A stretch of DNA of 60,156 nt, counting the filler, from Hausera hauseri (taxonomy: Eukaryota), in the NCBI GenBank assembly GCA_046269625.1. It is 11 parts of 11 records of this genome, joined end to end, with 100 filler letters (N's around TTAATTAATTAA, not from the genome) between each part and the next. Parts side by side here need not be neighbours in the genome. Positions count along the whole stretch, not along the records: positions 8,628 to 14,899 come from JBJURY010118542.1; positions 15,000 to 19,144 come from JBJURY010735988.1; positions 19,245 to 23,237 come from JBJURY010833748.1; 8 more parts are not named here. One strand, written 5' to 3'. Within the stretch, counting starts at the first letter, position 1; each line of letters begins with the position of its first letter. The position numbers and the translations under genes were made by a program. Under the pieces are notes generated by a model that saw only the letters and a program-made list of their open reading frames with translations, did no database searches and was not told where the DNA came from. Below, piece after piece: positions 8,628 through 22,580 of this stretch.

Positions 8628-11600
8628 AGATATAGTATTGTAGACTGACCGAACAGTTTAGCGTTTTTCACCAATCGTAGAATTTCAGTGTATCGTCGTT
8701 GGATAAAAACATCATTTCGATCTTGCAGTGAATAAATCGATTTGAATCGGTAGAACTGATCGGCAATAAGTTGCCGCTTAGCGCTGCAAATGATGACTTG
8801 GGCTGGAAGAGTTTGATCGAATATTCGTAACTCAACATAAGATCTGTAACATTGAGATGCGATCGTCTTCTGTACTGGAGTCCATCGATGAATTGTTCAA
8901 TACGATTGAACTCGCCGTTTATGTACAACCCTCTCTGTCGTCTGAGTGTCAACTGAATCAGGTAGAAAGCAACACGATCCAAAGTCGACCAAAATGGCCA
9001 AACTGCCGTGACGTTTCTTTCAATGTATGGACAAAGGAAAACGCCTTTTGAATCGAATATCAAACCGAACACAACATTCGAATGACTTAACAATGCATTG
9101 GTCGTTGATTAAGGTTCGTAAATGGTTATCGAATTCTTCAAATGCCATCAATCGACTTCCTACAATAGCCGAATACAACGTCGAATACAACTGAACAGCA
9201 GTTTCGTTCAGTAGTTTATGTCCGTAATACGTGATCATATTTTTCGTCAGAAACATCTTCAATTGCCGTCTTATAAACACCTTCCACATATCCGTCATTG
9301 CGTCCATATGGACTGTTCTACAATGGCTGGGTATTGATAGCAACACGGGCATACAGCTATCCTCCTTAGCTTTATTTACAACCTTCACAAACGACTCCGT
9401 AATTCGAACAACACTCGAACAAATGCCCGTAATTCGTTGAATATTCTGCTGATCAGGTTTTATGAGTAACCACAACTGGATGATACTGTTCGGTTTAGAG
9501 TTGGCTACGTCACAAATCAGCTATCCCATATTTTCTTTACGTTGAGTTCGCTGCTCTGTGATTTCAGTTTCGATAAAATTATTCAAGGCCAATTTCTGAA
9601 GGAGAACTCGACTATAATTAACATTCGATTTTATGTTCAGTTTCCGGTCATCGTCGTTATCGGTTATCAGTTGACGTTTTGCGGATATTGTACGTAACAC
9701 ATTCAATGTTCCACGTTTCTTATCTGCAGTAAGAGGACGTTGGTATGATGAAACCTCATTGATGGATTGGCTTAGTAATTCAACATACGATGACTTTCCC
9801 AAATATGGACTTCCTTTGATAACAGTGAACATTTTTTCTCGATTGTGGATTTCAATTGAAGAATCTTCTCCACAACGTTTTCCGTTACATTCCAATCTCT
9901 TAGTCGAATTTGGGTTTTAATTTGATGGACAATAAATAAGTTGTACACATCTGCAGACTCCGCATTGACCTCAAAACATCTATCCAAAACCATTTCTAAC
10001 ATGTCTCGCATTCCAGTCGGATCTGGCAGTCGAAGTAACAACCGATGGGCAATGGAAAATTTCAAATCTTGAATGGGATTAGTTGTTCGATGAAAATCAG
10101 TGTTGATTATGATTGTTGCAAGAAGTTTGCGTAATGCAGTTCGTAATTCCGGTAGGACCATATGGATTTCTTGTATGAACGAATTCAAACATGAACTGAA
10201 CGTGTACAAATGACTTTGTTGACCGGCCGTAATAAGGTATTGTTGAATGTTGTTGTTCGAGTTAATTTCGGTTAATGCTAGACTTCTCATTTGACTCCTC
10301 AATGAAAGAGGCAACGCATCCGGTCAATCCCATTTATCTGTCACAGACAGCAATCCAAATCCATAACGTGAGTTCAATAAATTATCGAATATGTTTAATT
10401 CTCCAATAATGAAGTAAGAGTAAAGTTTCCTATGCCTGTCCTCCGATATATCAGCATATGGCCACGTAATGCCTTTGTTCAACTTCTGATTCTGAAATTC
10501 GAAATATTTCATTCGACAGTTATCAATACTATCCGTAACATCGACTTGTTCAAGATCAACCCTTTTATCTAAATTATGTGGTATCGAACTGTATTTTTGT
10601 AATCTCGAAGGTGATGCTGACCTTCTAACTCGAACTGCCTTTCTGTCTGTACTCTGTGAGTGCGAAATAAACGAGCATAGTTTAGAAAGAGTTGTGCTAA
10701 AGTATGATAGTTCAGCCAAGTTCAGTTTCTCGATGAACTTGAGGTTCAACATAGACCCAGACAAAATGGCACCAGTAAGATTTTGTTGTAAAATACTTTG
10801 TTTAGAATTGTTGCTACATTCAAGGTCGACAATATTTCGATCTGTTATATTCGCAAGGGCTTTAAAAACGTGACATGAATGACTGATGCCACGAATGCAT
10901 CCGATCTCATAATTTGAGACAGCAATCAACAGGTTGACTATCGATAGATCTGTTGTTCGTACGAATAGGTCACATCTGTCGACACTGAAGTATTCGTATC
11001 GTATGAAATTCGATATTTAAATAGATGGATCAACAGGTTGTCGTAGACTTTACTGGTCAATAAATGGCCTAATTTCGATGTGCCGATTTTCATATATGGT
11101 TTGATGATAGACTTGTAGAGAAATGTTTTAGTGTAGCAGGATTGACTGGATATGAGCTTTTCCAATATTATCATTTGACCATCAACGGTCATGATGAGAA
11201 TTTGCGTAGAGTATGTCAATCTGGCATTATTCGAACCAGATACCCAGTCATCCATTTTGATTAACGAACAGAGATGGTGTTTACGTTTGAGTACGTCATT
11301 TCTATATTTTTATGATTGTATTTTAAAAAGAAATCGAGGCACCTTAGGTTAGTAAGAGCGTCTAATTTCCCATCTGAACCAACGGCCGTCAGGAATGCAT
11401 TATGAAATGCAATCTCCTCAGTAAGGAGAAGTATTTGCAGAGGATAACTGAGAAGCCAGTCCCTGTAGGTCAATAAAATGTTACTCACAATCTCCTTAGC
11501 TGCATCCATCTTGTCAACAGGCACATGGTGCATAATGTTCTCCATCTACAGAAAGTCTTGTCTTCACAGGTACCATATATTAATGTTAATACCTGCTCTA

Positions 11601-14091
11601 CTTCCTCAAATGTCGTCAGTGAAGATTTTTGCTCTTCACGGTCACCTCGTTTGTCTTTTATGCTTTCGCTTATCCTTTGGAAAACGCACGAATACAGATA
11701 CCCCTTGACTGATGACTTCATACAGATTTCGAACTCCTTCAGCCATTGGGAAGCTACGTTCATCGATGGCATTTCTGTTTGAAACATCACTTGCTCATGG
11801 AACACCCCACTGAATCCGGTGGCGGCTGATGGAGAAAACTCAACATTTTCAATTGACGGGAAACACATTCGAACAAAAGGGACAATTTTTTTGGTGTCTT
11901 GAGATATTGACGAACCGAGGAATCGGACAAGTTGCGCATCGGGGACAAAATAGAGTCGTGGAAAAAGATTTCGAGCATTGTCGAGTATGCCATGAACATG
12001 GAAAATCAATGAATCCATGGATTTGATTAACGATCTTAGACGATCTGTAACAGTTTTCTTCTTCGTCTTCTTGGAAGTGTCTTTATGGAAAAATATTTTG
12101 CTTCTTTCACAGTGTTGAAGGGCAACCGGATTGAGTTTCAAATAATCAATGAGGTTGATGAATTCATAGTTAATTTCTTTAAATGATGTTGCTTGTTCCA
12201 AATATGCTTGGACAAAGAACTCTTCTTCGAATATTCGTTCAAGGAATAACCACTAAATTCGAAGGGTTAGTTGTAATACTGTGAAATGTTTATAAAAATA
12301 TGGCTACAGATAAACACCGTCAAACTGGAAAATAGTAGGCTCAATCCGATTTTAAGGGATAGAAAACAACCAGAGAACATAAGAGAGACACAAAAAATAT
12401 AATGCTGATTAATAATATCAAAATACGTTTTGTCAACGAAGCCAAAATGACGCAATTAAAGAGTTTAAATGTGTCAAAATTTGGCACTTGTTCAAGTATC
12501 CCCCATAACATTTAGGAATTTTGAACTTTGACAAAATTTTCGTTAGTTTTCTCGAGCTAATATTCGTCCAACATTCGATTTATAATGTTTCCTTGATGTT
12601 CTGTCAATTTAAAATGTATCAGTCTAGTTAACAATCGCACATTCTCTCATTAAAATGTATTCGTCTAATATTCGACCTATAATCTGTAGCCACTAGATTG
12701 ACCGAACATCAAGAAAACATTTTAAATTTTGTCAAAGTTCAAATTTCCTAAACCTTGTAGGCGAAACTTGAAGAGTCCAAAGTCTCAAAATCGTGAGATC
12801 GTTGTCAGGTAGTTCATCAAAAGGTTTATTATTTGCATGTTTTATTCGGAAGTACCAAAAATTTTTTGAAAGCTACGTAGGCATGTTTTCTACCCTTTGA
12901 CTGGATGATTTCCACTACAAGTTTGGCAGTGTTCAGCTAATCGGTGAAAAAAGACAAACTGAACAATCCGAACTTTGTCTTGGCATTCCTTGATTAACGA
13001 CCCGATTTGATCCAACTCCACAAGGCAACCTTCCAACGTTTTGTATTTGTCATTTATTTCATCATTCGGTTGTTCTCGTGTACTTTCGCACCGAATCGAG
13101 ATAACGGAATCGGCAATATCAGCGAACAATTTATCCATTTGGGTCACCAAATATAATTCGCTATCTGCGTTGTTTATGATCGGTAACTTAGACAGATGAG
13201 CCATTCGTGCCTGATTCTTTGTCATCTCCTATCAACACTCTACGTCAAAGGAACTCGCCATGCTACAAGTTTACTTGATAAAGTTCCATGTCAGATCGAA
13301 CTTGGTTTTGTATTGGGGTTTTCTGTCGTGAAATACATCGTTCTTTCTCGTCATGTTGTCGTTTATACCATGAATCTGGTCGGTGCTCGACAAAGTCAAA
13401 CTCTCTGGTTAACCAAAAGCATAGTCGATTATGAAATTCGCCTTCAGCTTTGTTCTCAGCAATTGCCTGATTGAAGTAGAAGTCAATAAGCCGTCTGGAA
13501 TTCCGGATATCCATATCCATTAAATGTTGAACAGTCAGTTCTGCAAAGGGGTCAATAAAGTCATGACCGATTTCGTTAAAGAACTGTCGCCAATGGTCCA
13601 TCTAAACTCGATCCTTTATTTAAACAAAACCCTCTACACTTGATATACTTTAAATGAGGGATTAGACAACTTGTTAAAAAGAGGCATAAAACTCGCAAAA
13701 TTGCTAAGTTCGTCTTCCACGGGTTTAAACAAATCATGTTTAAAATTCGAGAATCGTTTCATTCGTTCGATATTCGATTGCCATTCGAGGATCTTGTTGG
13801 ATGCGTCAATCAAATCCATCTATAAGTCATGGTGATCAGACATTCTGGAGTTGCATTTATTACTTCTGAAATGAGAGATCGTTGCCACTGGCTAACTGAG
13901 CGAGAAATTTCTCGACCCAGACTCCACTGATCCAACAATTGTTGGCAGCGCATAATGGCGTTGTCAAAGTCGAACTTTACGACATAATCCTCGCCGGTTA
14001 GAGTTTTTAAACTGGAACTTAAAAAATCCTTTTCAAGACTGAGTTTTGACAGTTTGGTGGAGATCTGAAATACTACTTTAATGGTATACAA
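8628..14091 (-). CDS. Divergent dynein heavy chain-like gene (DNHD1-like), partial, multi-exon with short introns; may be partly degenerate
   Basis: Linker-domain motifs DHWRQ, ARNLFPRLYFVPDAQL, CFPSIENVEF, WLKEFE.CMKSSV, YPLQILLLTEEI. Degenerate P-loop GSPYLGKSS. GT-AG introns at 13863-13820 (44 nt) and 13648-13602 (47 nt) join adjacent ORFs in frame. Confidence 0.7.
12481..12780. mobile_element. MITE-like element in the long intron of the dynein-like gene
   Basis: ~57-bp imperfect inverted repeats at 12481-12539 and 12724-12780. The inner 29 bp (TTTAGGAA[T/A]TTTGAACTTTGACAAAATTT) have one mismatch. The interior is non-coding. Confidence 0.6.
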
Positions 14092-14794
14092 AAAATTCTA
14101 TTTCCCCTCCCCCAATATTATAAAAAAACTTTTTTGTAGTTTTTGACCAAAACTCCACAAATATTCTATTTCTGATGTGCTGCTCATAATCTGTCTAATC
14201 TCCCGCAATGTCATTGGCCATGACAAAATTGGTTCAAACTTCTAACGTTTTGACTATCACCGAATATTCGCCAAGTCCTACAAAACAACGGATCAGCCAC
14301 TATTCTATACCCTGATGAGTCATGCTTTCAAGATTATATAGAACAGCACAACGAACTACTTCCACAGTATAGTCATTTGTTTAAATATTGTCCTGAACAT
14401 TACCATATCGCTCCTGTTCCTAAGCAGTTCGTAATATTCGAATTTGACATGTTCATTTATCAGTCAAAATAATGAGAATTAGTCGGCACTTGTACTTTGT
14501 CAACCACCCCCAGCCCATTTCACTATATGTAAATGTGCAAATAAGTTATATGGTTATATATCTAAATAAATTCAATCACTAACCGCTGATATATCGTAAA
14601 TCACAGAATCCATATCATTAGATATTAGAGAATATTTTTCATTCTCCATGGAGATCTCAAGTTCACAAGCTTCATGTTCCACGAACTAAGGAACAATGAA
14701 CAAATGTCAAATAGAAAATAAAATAAAACTAATCGTATTCATCTCAAAATACATAAAAACTGATAAACCACACATACAACTCTTACGAAACATT

Positions 14795-14899
14795 TTATTG
14801 GTACTTGTGTATTATGTGGTAAATCTTATTGGTACTTGTGTATTATGTGGTACATCTTATTGGTACTTGTGTATTATGTGGTACATCTTATTGGTACTT
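14795..14899. repeat. 31-bp minisatellite, ~3.4 units, cut by contig end
   Basis: Unit TTATTGGTACTTGTGTATTATGTGGTACATC repeated head to tail. Confidence 0.9.
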
Positions 14900-15325
14900 N
14901 NNNNNNNNNNNNNNNNNNNNNNNNNNNNNNNNNNNNNNNNNNNTTAATTAATTAANNNNNNNNNNNNNNNNNNNNNNNNNNNNNNNNNNNNNNNNNNNNT
15001 TTATTTTTCATTACACCATCGTGATTGCACAATCAAATTCCCCACGTTTGAAAACCTTAAATAACCCGCCATTTACATAATAGGTCAAACAAAGATTATT
15101 TAGAGTTTATTTTTAAATGTGCGCCTATAATTAATTACTATAGTAAAACACAAGCATTGAAAGCATAAGATTCTCAGTATCTAAACAGTAGGTATCCAAA
15201 TCAGTTTGTTTTACTGCATCAAAATTATAAATAAAAATTTTGAATAATCAGTAAAATAATCTACGTTATTTCCAAAATGATAAGTTTTTGTTCTTTATTG
15301 CTATTATTATTAACAATGTTTTTAG

Positions 15326-18300
15326 ACATGCACATTTTATTCCTATTTCCAATCCAGCATCCATGATGGTTAGACATGCCACAGTATCATGGAAAAATAT
15401 TACAAATGGTCGTTCAATGGCTTTCAATTCTACATATGCCAAACATGTGAGGCGGTGAACAGAGGAAGTTATCATTATTTCTATTATAGTCATAGACATC
15501 ATATCAATATGTTCAAAACATCCAAGAACGTAATATTCCAAAGATTTTTACCACAAATTGTGATTTTATTAATTCTCATTTACTAAATTAATTACATATT
15601 CAGACGTCAACTTTATCAAATGCTCCCAAACAGAACAGTGAAAGATGTGAAATATACACATATTATGTATCAAATAGTTCACATGATATCCAGAAATGTT
15701 TTGAAAATATGAGAAAATATTATGGTCGAATCTGGAACATTGAAAAATACACTATATACCCCGAATGTGAAACTGTCAGCACAGGCGAATGTTGTAAGTT
15801 TTATGAATATCATAAAACCCACTTGCACGATTTCACGGCTAAGTCCAAAAAGGTCATATTCAAGATAGGCATTGTTTCCGTTATGCCTTCAACATTTGCA
15901 CACATGGGAGGTATTGTTCCAGTTATACCAATCCCATCTGCACAGACAGGAGGCATTGTTCCGGTTATGCCTTGTACATCTGCAGCGCCTGCAGAATCAA
16001 CCTTAACACAGTGTCCTGGACCCCCGGCGCAGCATAATGGATCCTCAGAACAGCGTAAAGGAGGCGCAGTGGCAGCGAATGATGTATCGCGAAAAGTCAA
16101 CGGCAGCGACCAGTTGATTTAGATGCACTGAATAGCAAATTGCGCAGATACTTCATAGCAGCAGTGGCATAGACATCACTCCATGAATTCCTGGAATATT
16201 CAAAGGAGGAGGAAGAAGGAAGTCTCCAGGCTAACTTGTTGCAGCTGAAGGCCCTTAATGTGAACTTTAAATTGAAAGCCACCTTCACCAATGTCGAAGG
16301 AGAGATATCTAGTAAAGCCTTCAAGAAAAAGAACAGGCCACTATTGAAATACTGTAACATTAAGGATTTCATTACTGAGGACCATGCGAGGCTCATCCGC
16401 GAAGCCGAAGAAAGCCAGGACAAGAAGAATGGTTGGACTTTAGCAACAATAAAGGGGTTACTTGTGCATGTCACAAGTATTCTCCCATGAGAGGCAGCTC
16501 CTACATACCGCTTCCTGAATGGAGAGTTGAGAAGAAGGCATGCATCAATGTCCATAATCAGGACAGCATGGGTTTCATATTTTCTATTTTTTCAAAACTA
16601 CTCAAGGGTCAACATAATGCTTCCCGAGTTTTGATATATGACAAAGTTCAGCACGCATACGTCTTCAGCTGTATTTCATTTCCGCTGAACCTAGATGAAG
16701 TCGCGAAATTTGAAAGCGTGAACAACATCTCCATCAACATCTTCGGTTTGGAGGAGGATAAATTTTATCTTTTGCATGTGTGCAAGGAGGAATTGGAGGA
16801 TTATAGGGATCTGCGGCTGCTAGAGGATGGAGAAATGAGGCATTTCATTTTGATAAAGAATTTTGAGCGCCTCGTAGGATCCCAAATATCGAAGCATAAA
16901 TCAAGGCTGGAAATATGCAAATGATGCTTTACCCATTTTAATGGATGTACAGCCGCAAAAAAGCTGGAGGAGCACAAGACCTACTGCAATACAAAGTATT
17001 GCATCCTAGTAGAATTCCCCTAGGAGGATTACCTGGAATTCAAGGAGTTCAAGAATATACAGAAGGTGCCGATTGTCATATATTGCATCTTTAGCCCAGT
17101 TCACAGCTGCAGCCCCAATATGCAGCAATGCAGTGCTACAGCATACCAGTACCATGAGTCACCATCATACTGCATGTATGTCAAAGACCGGATAAAGAAC
17201 CCTATCTATACAGGGGCCTAAATGTAGCAGCATATTTTATGCAGCGTCTGGAACAGTATGCCCACAAACTTGAAGACATGTTGCAGCAGCATAAGGGCTA
17301 CATGGTAATGTCGCAGCAAGAAAAATGTAAGTGGCGCAAAGCAGCAACATGCTACCTATGCAAAAAGCCATTCACATGGGCCGATCACAAAGTCAGGGAT
17401 CACTGCCATTTTACGGGCATATATCGAGGTGAAGCATGCAAAAATTGCAACTTACGCTGCAAGACATGTGCATATGTTCCCGTGGTATTCCGCAAACTTA
17501 GTTCATATAATTCCTACTACACTGTCTGAGAATTGGGTAATATTGAGGGAAACATTAATGTGATTCCAAATAGTGAGGCAAAGTACATCACCTTCACAAA
17601 GCATGAGGGCCGCATTAGACTTCGCTTCATCGATAACTTCCGCTTCATGAGCTCGTCACTGGACAGACTCGTGAAGAACCTTCGAGCTGATGAGCTGAAG
17701 GAGACGAACAGGTTCATCCCGGATACATTTGACCCGGTGAAGCGGAAATGAGTGTTCCACTACGACTATATAACGCCATAGAAAACACCGGATGAAGAAG
17801 CATTACCAGCTAAGGTGGACGTCTATAGTCAGTTGTCATACAGTCGTATTAGCGATGCTGACTATCAGCACGCCCAAAGAGTATGGCAGACCTTCCAGTG
17901 CAGGACAATAGTGATATCTATCTCCTCACAGATGTGCTGCTGTTTATAGATGTCTTTAAAAGTTTCCAGGATGTGACCGTTAAGAGCCACAAGTTAGATC
18001 CAGCCCATTTCTGTATAGCTGCAGGAATGAGCTGGGCTGCTATTCTGAGCTATATCGGCATAAGGCTCCATATCTTGAAGGATTACAATATGGTCCTCCT
18101 TATTGAGAGAGGCATTAGGGACGGAATCTGCCAGTTCATTCACAGGTACATTGAGGTTAACAACAAATACATGGCAGATTATAACCCACCCAAGGCATCC
18201 AGCTATATAACATACTTGGATGCCAACAACCTGCATGGATGGGCAATGAGCAACCCATTACCCTACGATAACTTTTAATGGGTGGAGCAGCCGCAAATCC

Positions 18301-19144
18301 TCGATATTGAAGGTATGGATCCCAATGGAGATACTGGCTACATACTACAGGTGGACGTAGAATATCCGCATAGCATCCACACAAGGCATGAGCAGCTGCA
18401 TTTTCTCCCAGAGAGCAAGAGGCCACCGAATGGCAAGCAAAAGAAGGTGCTCTGCCACCTCACAAACAGGGAGAGGTATGTAGCGCACTATATAAATCTT
18501 TAACAGGCCATCAAAAATGGATTTAGGGTCACCAGTATTCATCTAGCCCTGAAGTTCAACCAGTTTAAATGGCTAAATCCATACATAGACCTCAATACCC
18601 TGTCGAGGGCCAATACCAAAAAACGAGTTTGAAAAGGACCAATTGAAGCTGTATAAAAACTCAGTCTTTGGCAAAACTATGGAGAACATCTGGAACCGGA
18701 TAAACATCGAGCTGATATGTGACTGGAAGAGAACAAAGCCCAACTTCCACAGCAGCACAATCTACACGGAGAACCTGGTGAGCATTCATATGCTCAAGAC
18801 ATCACTTGAGTTCAACAAGCCTATATATGTGGGCATGTTCATATTGGATCTATCAAAGACCTTGATGTATGACTTTCATTACAACATCATGGTCCCCATA
18901 TTCAAGGAGCTCCAGCTAATGTACATGGACACGGACAGTTTCATATTCCAGATCCGCACATATGATGTCTTTGAAAAATTTGCAAAATTGGCGCAGTATA
19001 TGGATACCTCGGACTATCCGAAGGATTATCCAAATTACTCAACTGTCAACAAGAAGGTCCTGGGGAAGTTTAAAGGCGAGGTGAATGGGAAGATCATCAC
19101 TTGCTTCGTTGCGTTGAAATCAAAAATGTACGCCATCGATGTAA
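15326..19144 (+). pseudogene. polB: Protein-primed DNA polymerase B (family 2, Maverick/Polinton type) with two N-terminal Cys/His modules; 3' truncated
   Basis: KNGWTL, RGSSYIPLP, ACINVHNQD, HFILIKNFERL, DHCHFTGIYRGEACKNCNL, RFIDNFRFM, YLLTDVLL, YLDANNLHGWAM, KLYKNSVFGKTMEN, YMDTDS, KSKMY. Multiple stops and frameshifts. Confidence 0.92.
15868..15987 (+). repeat. Coding 42-bp tandem repeat x3 (GIVPVxPxxSAxTG) in the linker before pPolB
   Basis: GIVSVMPSTFAHMG / GIVPVIPIPSAQTG / GIVPVMPCTSAA within ORF 15709-16122. Confidence 0.75.
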
Positions 19145-19565
19145 NNNNNNNNNNNNNNNNNNNNNNNNNNNNNNNNNNNNNNNNNNNNTTAATTAATTAA
19201 NNNNNNNNNNNNNNNNNNNNNNNNNNNNNNNNNNNNNNNNNNNNCATGTCGTTCTATATGATTAAATAATTGCGTTTTGTTGATTGATGTATGTTTCTTC
19301 AAGATCTCAGTGATCGGAATACTTGTTTCATATTAAAACGTTTTCCCTACAAGTTTTAGAAGTGTTATTCTTCATTTCGTTTTGTATTGATAATATTAAC
19401 TCCTTGCATTCTTGGTATTGCTTGCTTGTTTGTTTTGAATCTTTGGTTTTATTCTTAAAATCTCCCTGTTTCTGTGTAGTGAATCCGTATTTACACGGTG
19501 TATATGACTTAATCACTATGCCACACAACCATTCATCCATCAAACCATTTGGTTTTATTTATACA

Positions 19566-22500
19566 CTAACTGTATCCGACCATGCGTTGCTGTGGCTCAG
19601 TGTGGTTAAATGGAAAAGAAAGAAAAGAAAAAGCGCCCGTTTCTAATGTTTTATTTCACAATGCTTGCGGGTATACAATATTTTTATTGTTCCATTGTCT
19701 GTGGAGATATAGAGATTGTCTGGTTTGCCTACTCTAGAACACGCAACATATAATTGTCCATGGGAGAAGCAATCCGTGTATAGATCTAAACCGCACAATT
19801 TTAAATATTGACCCTGAGCTCTGTTAATGGTGATTACGAACGCCAATCGAGTTGAGAATTGCAATTTCTTAAATAGAAATGGCATATTCGTTGGAATCAT
19901 AGGAATGCAAATAATGAGGATATTTTCACTTGAAAGGTCCTGTCAAGACTGTTGTTTCTACGATGCTGCTCATTAATTTTTTTACTGCAAGCCGCGTGCC
20001 GTTGCAAAGCTTTGGCTGGTTGATATTTGGCAACATGATAATTGGCACGCCGATTTTCAATTGCAGTACGTGCGGTGGCATCCCTGGTAGATCGAATGAA
20101 TTCAAAAATTCTGTTGGATAATTATCCGCTTTGTCTGTTTCCGCAACATTGTCGACGGACTTGTATGTGACTGCCTCGCATTGAATGTTAAACTGAATAA
20201 TATTGTTAAGTTCGTAGATGTCTTTGTTCTTGGCCGCAAGAATAGCTCGTTTATTCAGCCAATCGTGATTCTTATAATTGATTTGAATCTTGGGAAATAC
20301 TTTTTCAACCAATTCTTCTTTTGACGTCACTAAATTGCAGAAGTTACGAGGCAGTGAAATTCGTCCTGAGGTGAAATTAACCGGCACCTTTCCGTTCCCA
20401 ATTTCCAGCAATTGACGTGAGAATATCTCAGCTGATCGGTCGTTTTGCAGCTGGACACGCATATTTGTAGTTAATTTCAACGTTTTTACGTGTCGCCACA
20501 AAGTAGATTTTGAAAGGTAAGCATTTATTTCGTCCGCTGGTGTCTATCGAGGAATTACAGGTAATATTTACCTGAAATCTGCAAGCAATATTAATGCGTT
20601 CCAAAATGGTCTGATGTTTCCACGCAAATCTTGCAATGATCGATCAAGAGCCTCGAGCGATTTTTGTACGCCATTGTGCATTTATCCAAAACAATAAGTT
20701 TGTAGTTCTGCAATACTTTTTCCATGCCGGATGCTTTGTAAATGTTGCTCGTGGGAGTTTCAATGAATTGCATGTTCAATGGCAATTTCAAAGCGGAATG
20801 AGTAGATCTTCCACCTGGTAGCAATGTCGCAGTTATTCTGGATGACACAAGATCTAAGGCTGTTATTTCGGGACCGAATTGCTATCAGAATCAATCTAAT
20901 TAGGAACGTTTTACCAGTTTCCCTGGCACACCTAAGAAGATTTCTTCAACCCCGATTTTGACAGTTTGCTTTATTTGATCGTAAATGCCTTTTTGCTCAG
21001 GCGTTAGCTTAGGAATATTTGATTGCACATACGACAAAAGATCACCCCTGTCGTAATTTTGTTCACGACGCAATTTTACATCGAACGAAACAGCAGCAGA
21101 TTGATTCGGTGATGGCATTCACAATTGATTGAGAAATTTGTTCGCGATTTCTAAGCACAAATCTTCAACCATTATCAACACATCGTTGTAGATTTCGGCT
21201 GTGAAATCCATGTTATTAATAGAATTTTCATTGCGTATTCGACTGAAAATGTCTCCATCCATGTGCGATTTATAATTCTCCCATAACTCTTAGAGATGAA
21301 GGTGATCAGACGGTCAATATAATTGGAAACAGTGCACGAATTTGATTTGGATGTGACTTGTTGCACGCTTCATTAATGCATACATACCAGTGTAGGTCGT
21401 TCTCCAATAAATTCATAGCTTGACGTGCACTGCGTAAAGTGGCATGTGTAACGTCATTGACAATTCTATATTGCTGGAAAAACGTTGGATCCGGCATATT
21501 TACCAACAGCATGCGAAGAAAGAAGCATTCATCTTGATTGGAATGCACGGTGTACAGTCTGCTTATCCTATTTTCTTGGAATATGCCAGGTTGTCCGTCG
21601 ACTCGCTCTCGTCGTTTGCTTCGTTCAAATGATTTTCTACTCGCATTCCATCTGTAATACGTAGGCACTTCTGAATGCAACAGTGTTTTCGCAAACGCGT
21701 CATTTTGACATAACGTGAAAAAAGCAGTTAACATTGTAGCCAGTGGATTCAGGGATATTTGTTGCACATTTGCAGCTGTGAAATAAACGCGTTGTCCATT
21801 TTCTAGATGTACTGCTAAGTGAACAACAGCTGGACTTCGTTCATGTATGGGAAGTGAAAGAATTCGCCATACAGCTTCATTGCTGTTTTGTGTACCTTCC
21901 ATCTTAATACTGTGCGATTTAATCGCTATGTATGACCTCATTCCTATCACTTCTTTCTGGCTGCACGCCAAAAACTGCCATGTCGCTGCCTTTATTCACA
22001 TACTTACATATGTATTTAATCGATTTAACGGCGTTACAGTATTCCACGTTAATGTGCGCTTTGCATGTTTTTGATAACAAAAGCCAATATGGAACAACCC
22101 ACCGGTTATGTACTTCGATGTCACCGTTTCACAGTTATATGATTGCTAATTTCCCGCCATCTTCTGCTGATCTTCTGTATAAAGGATATCCATCGTTTCT
22201 TGTAACTATGTTGCAGGATGTCGCTTAGAGCATTTTCCGTCTATCAAACATGGTGAATTTGGATTTAGTGTACCACAAGGTTCATGTATCATATTTTTCG
22301 TCACAACTTCATGCAAATCCTTATCGAGGTCGGCATCGGGTATTTCAGTGCATATTACATTGTCGATTTCGTTTGAAGTGATTTTGTTATAGAGCCAGAT
22401 TAGTATATGTGCGTGTGGCAATTTTCTTTTGCCATTCCACTCAGTACATCCAGCAGCGCACAGATCCAAACACTTCACGTTTTATTATGAAATCTATCAG

Positions 22501-22580
22501 CGATTTCAGCTTCTGTCTGAAAACACGTGCTGTGATGTCATGCCAATCCACCGACAATTGCCCATGAAGTAAGAGCTGTT
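19566..22580 (-). mobile_element. Helitron, degenerate Rep/PIF1 helicase plus 3' terminus
   Basis: HUH Rep motif KRKLPHAHILIW, MIHEPCG, YICKYVNKG, EAVWRI...VHLAVHLENGQRVYF. PIF1 motifs ATLLPGGRSTHS, LTTNMRV, PPHVLQLKIG, LCNGTRL, TINRAQGQ, FSHGQLYVACSRV. The 3' end reads GCCACAGCAACGCATGGTCGGATACAGTTAG|T (hairpin plus CTAG-like end before T). Confidence 0.93.

Noticed and set aside
14795-14899. 31-bp repeats as a CRISPR array
   Set aside because: Head-to-tail units with no spacers, no cas genes, and a eukaryotic context.
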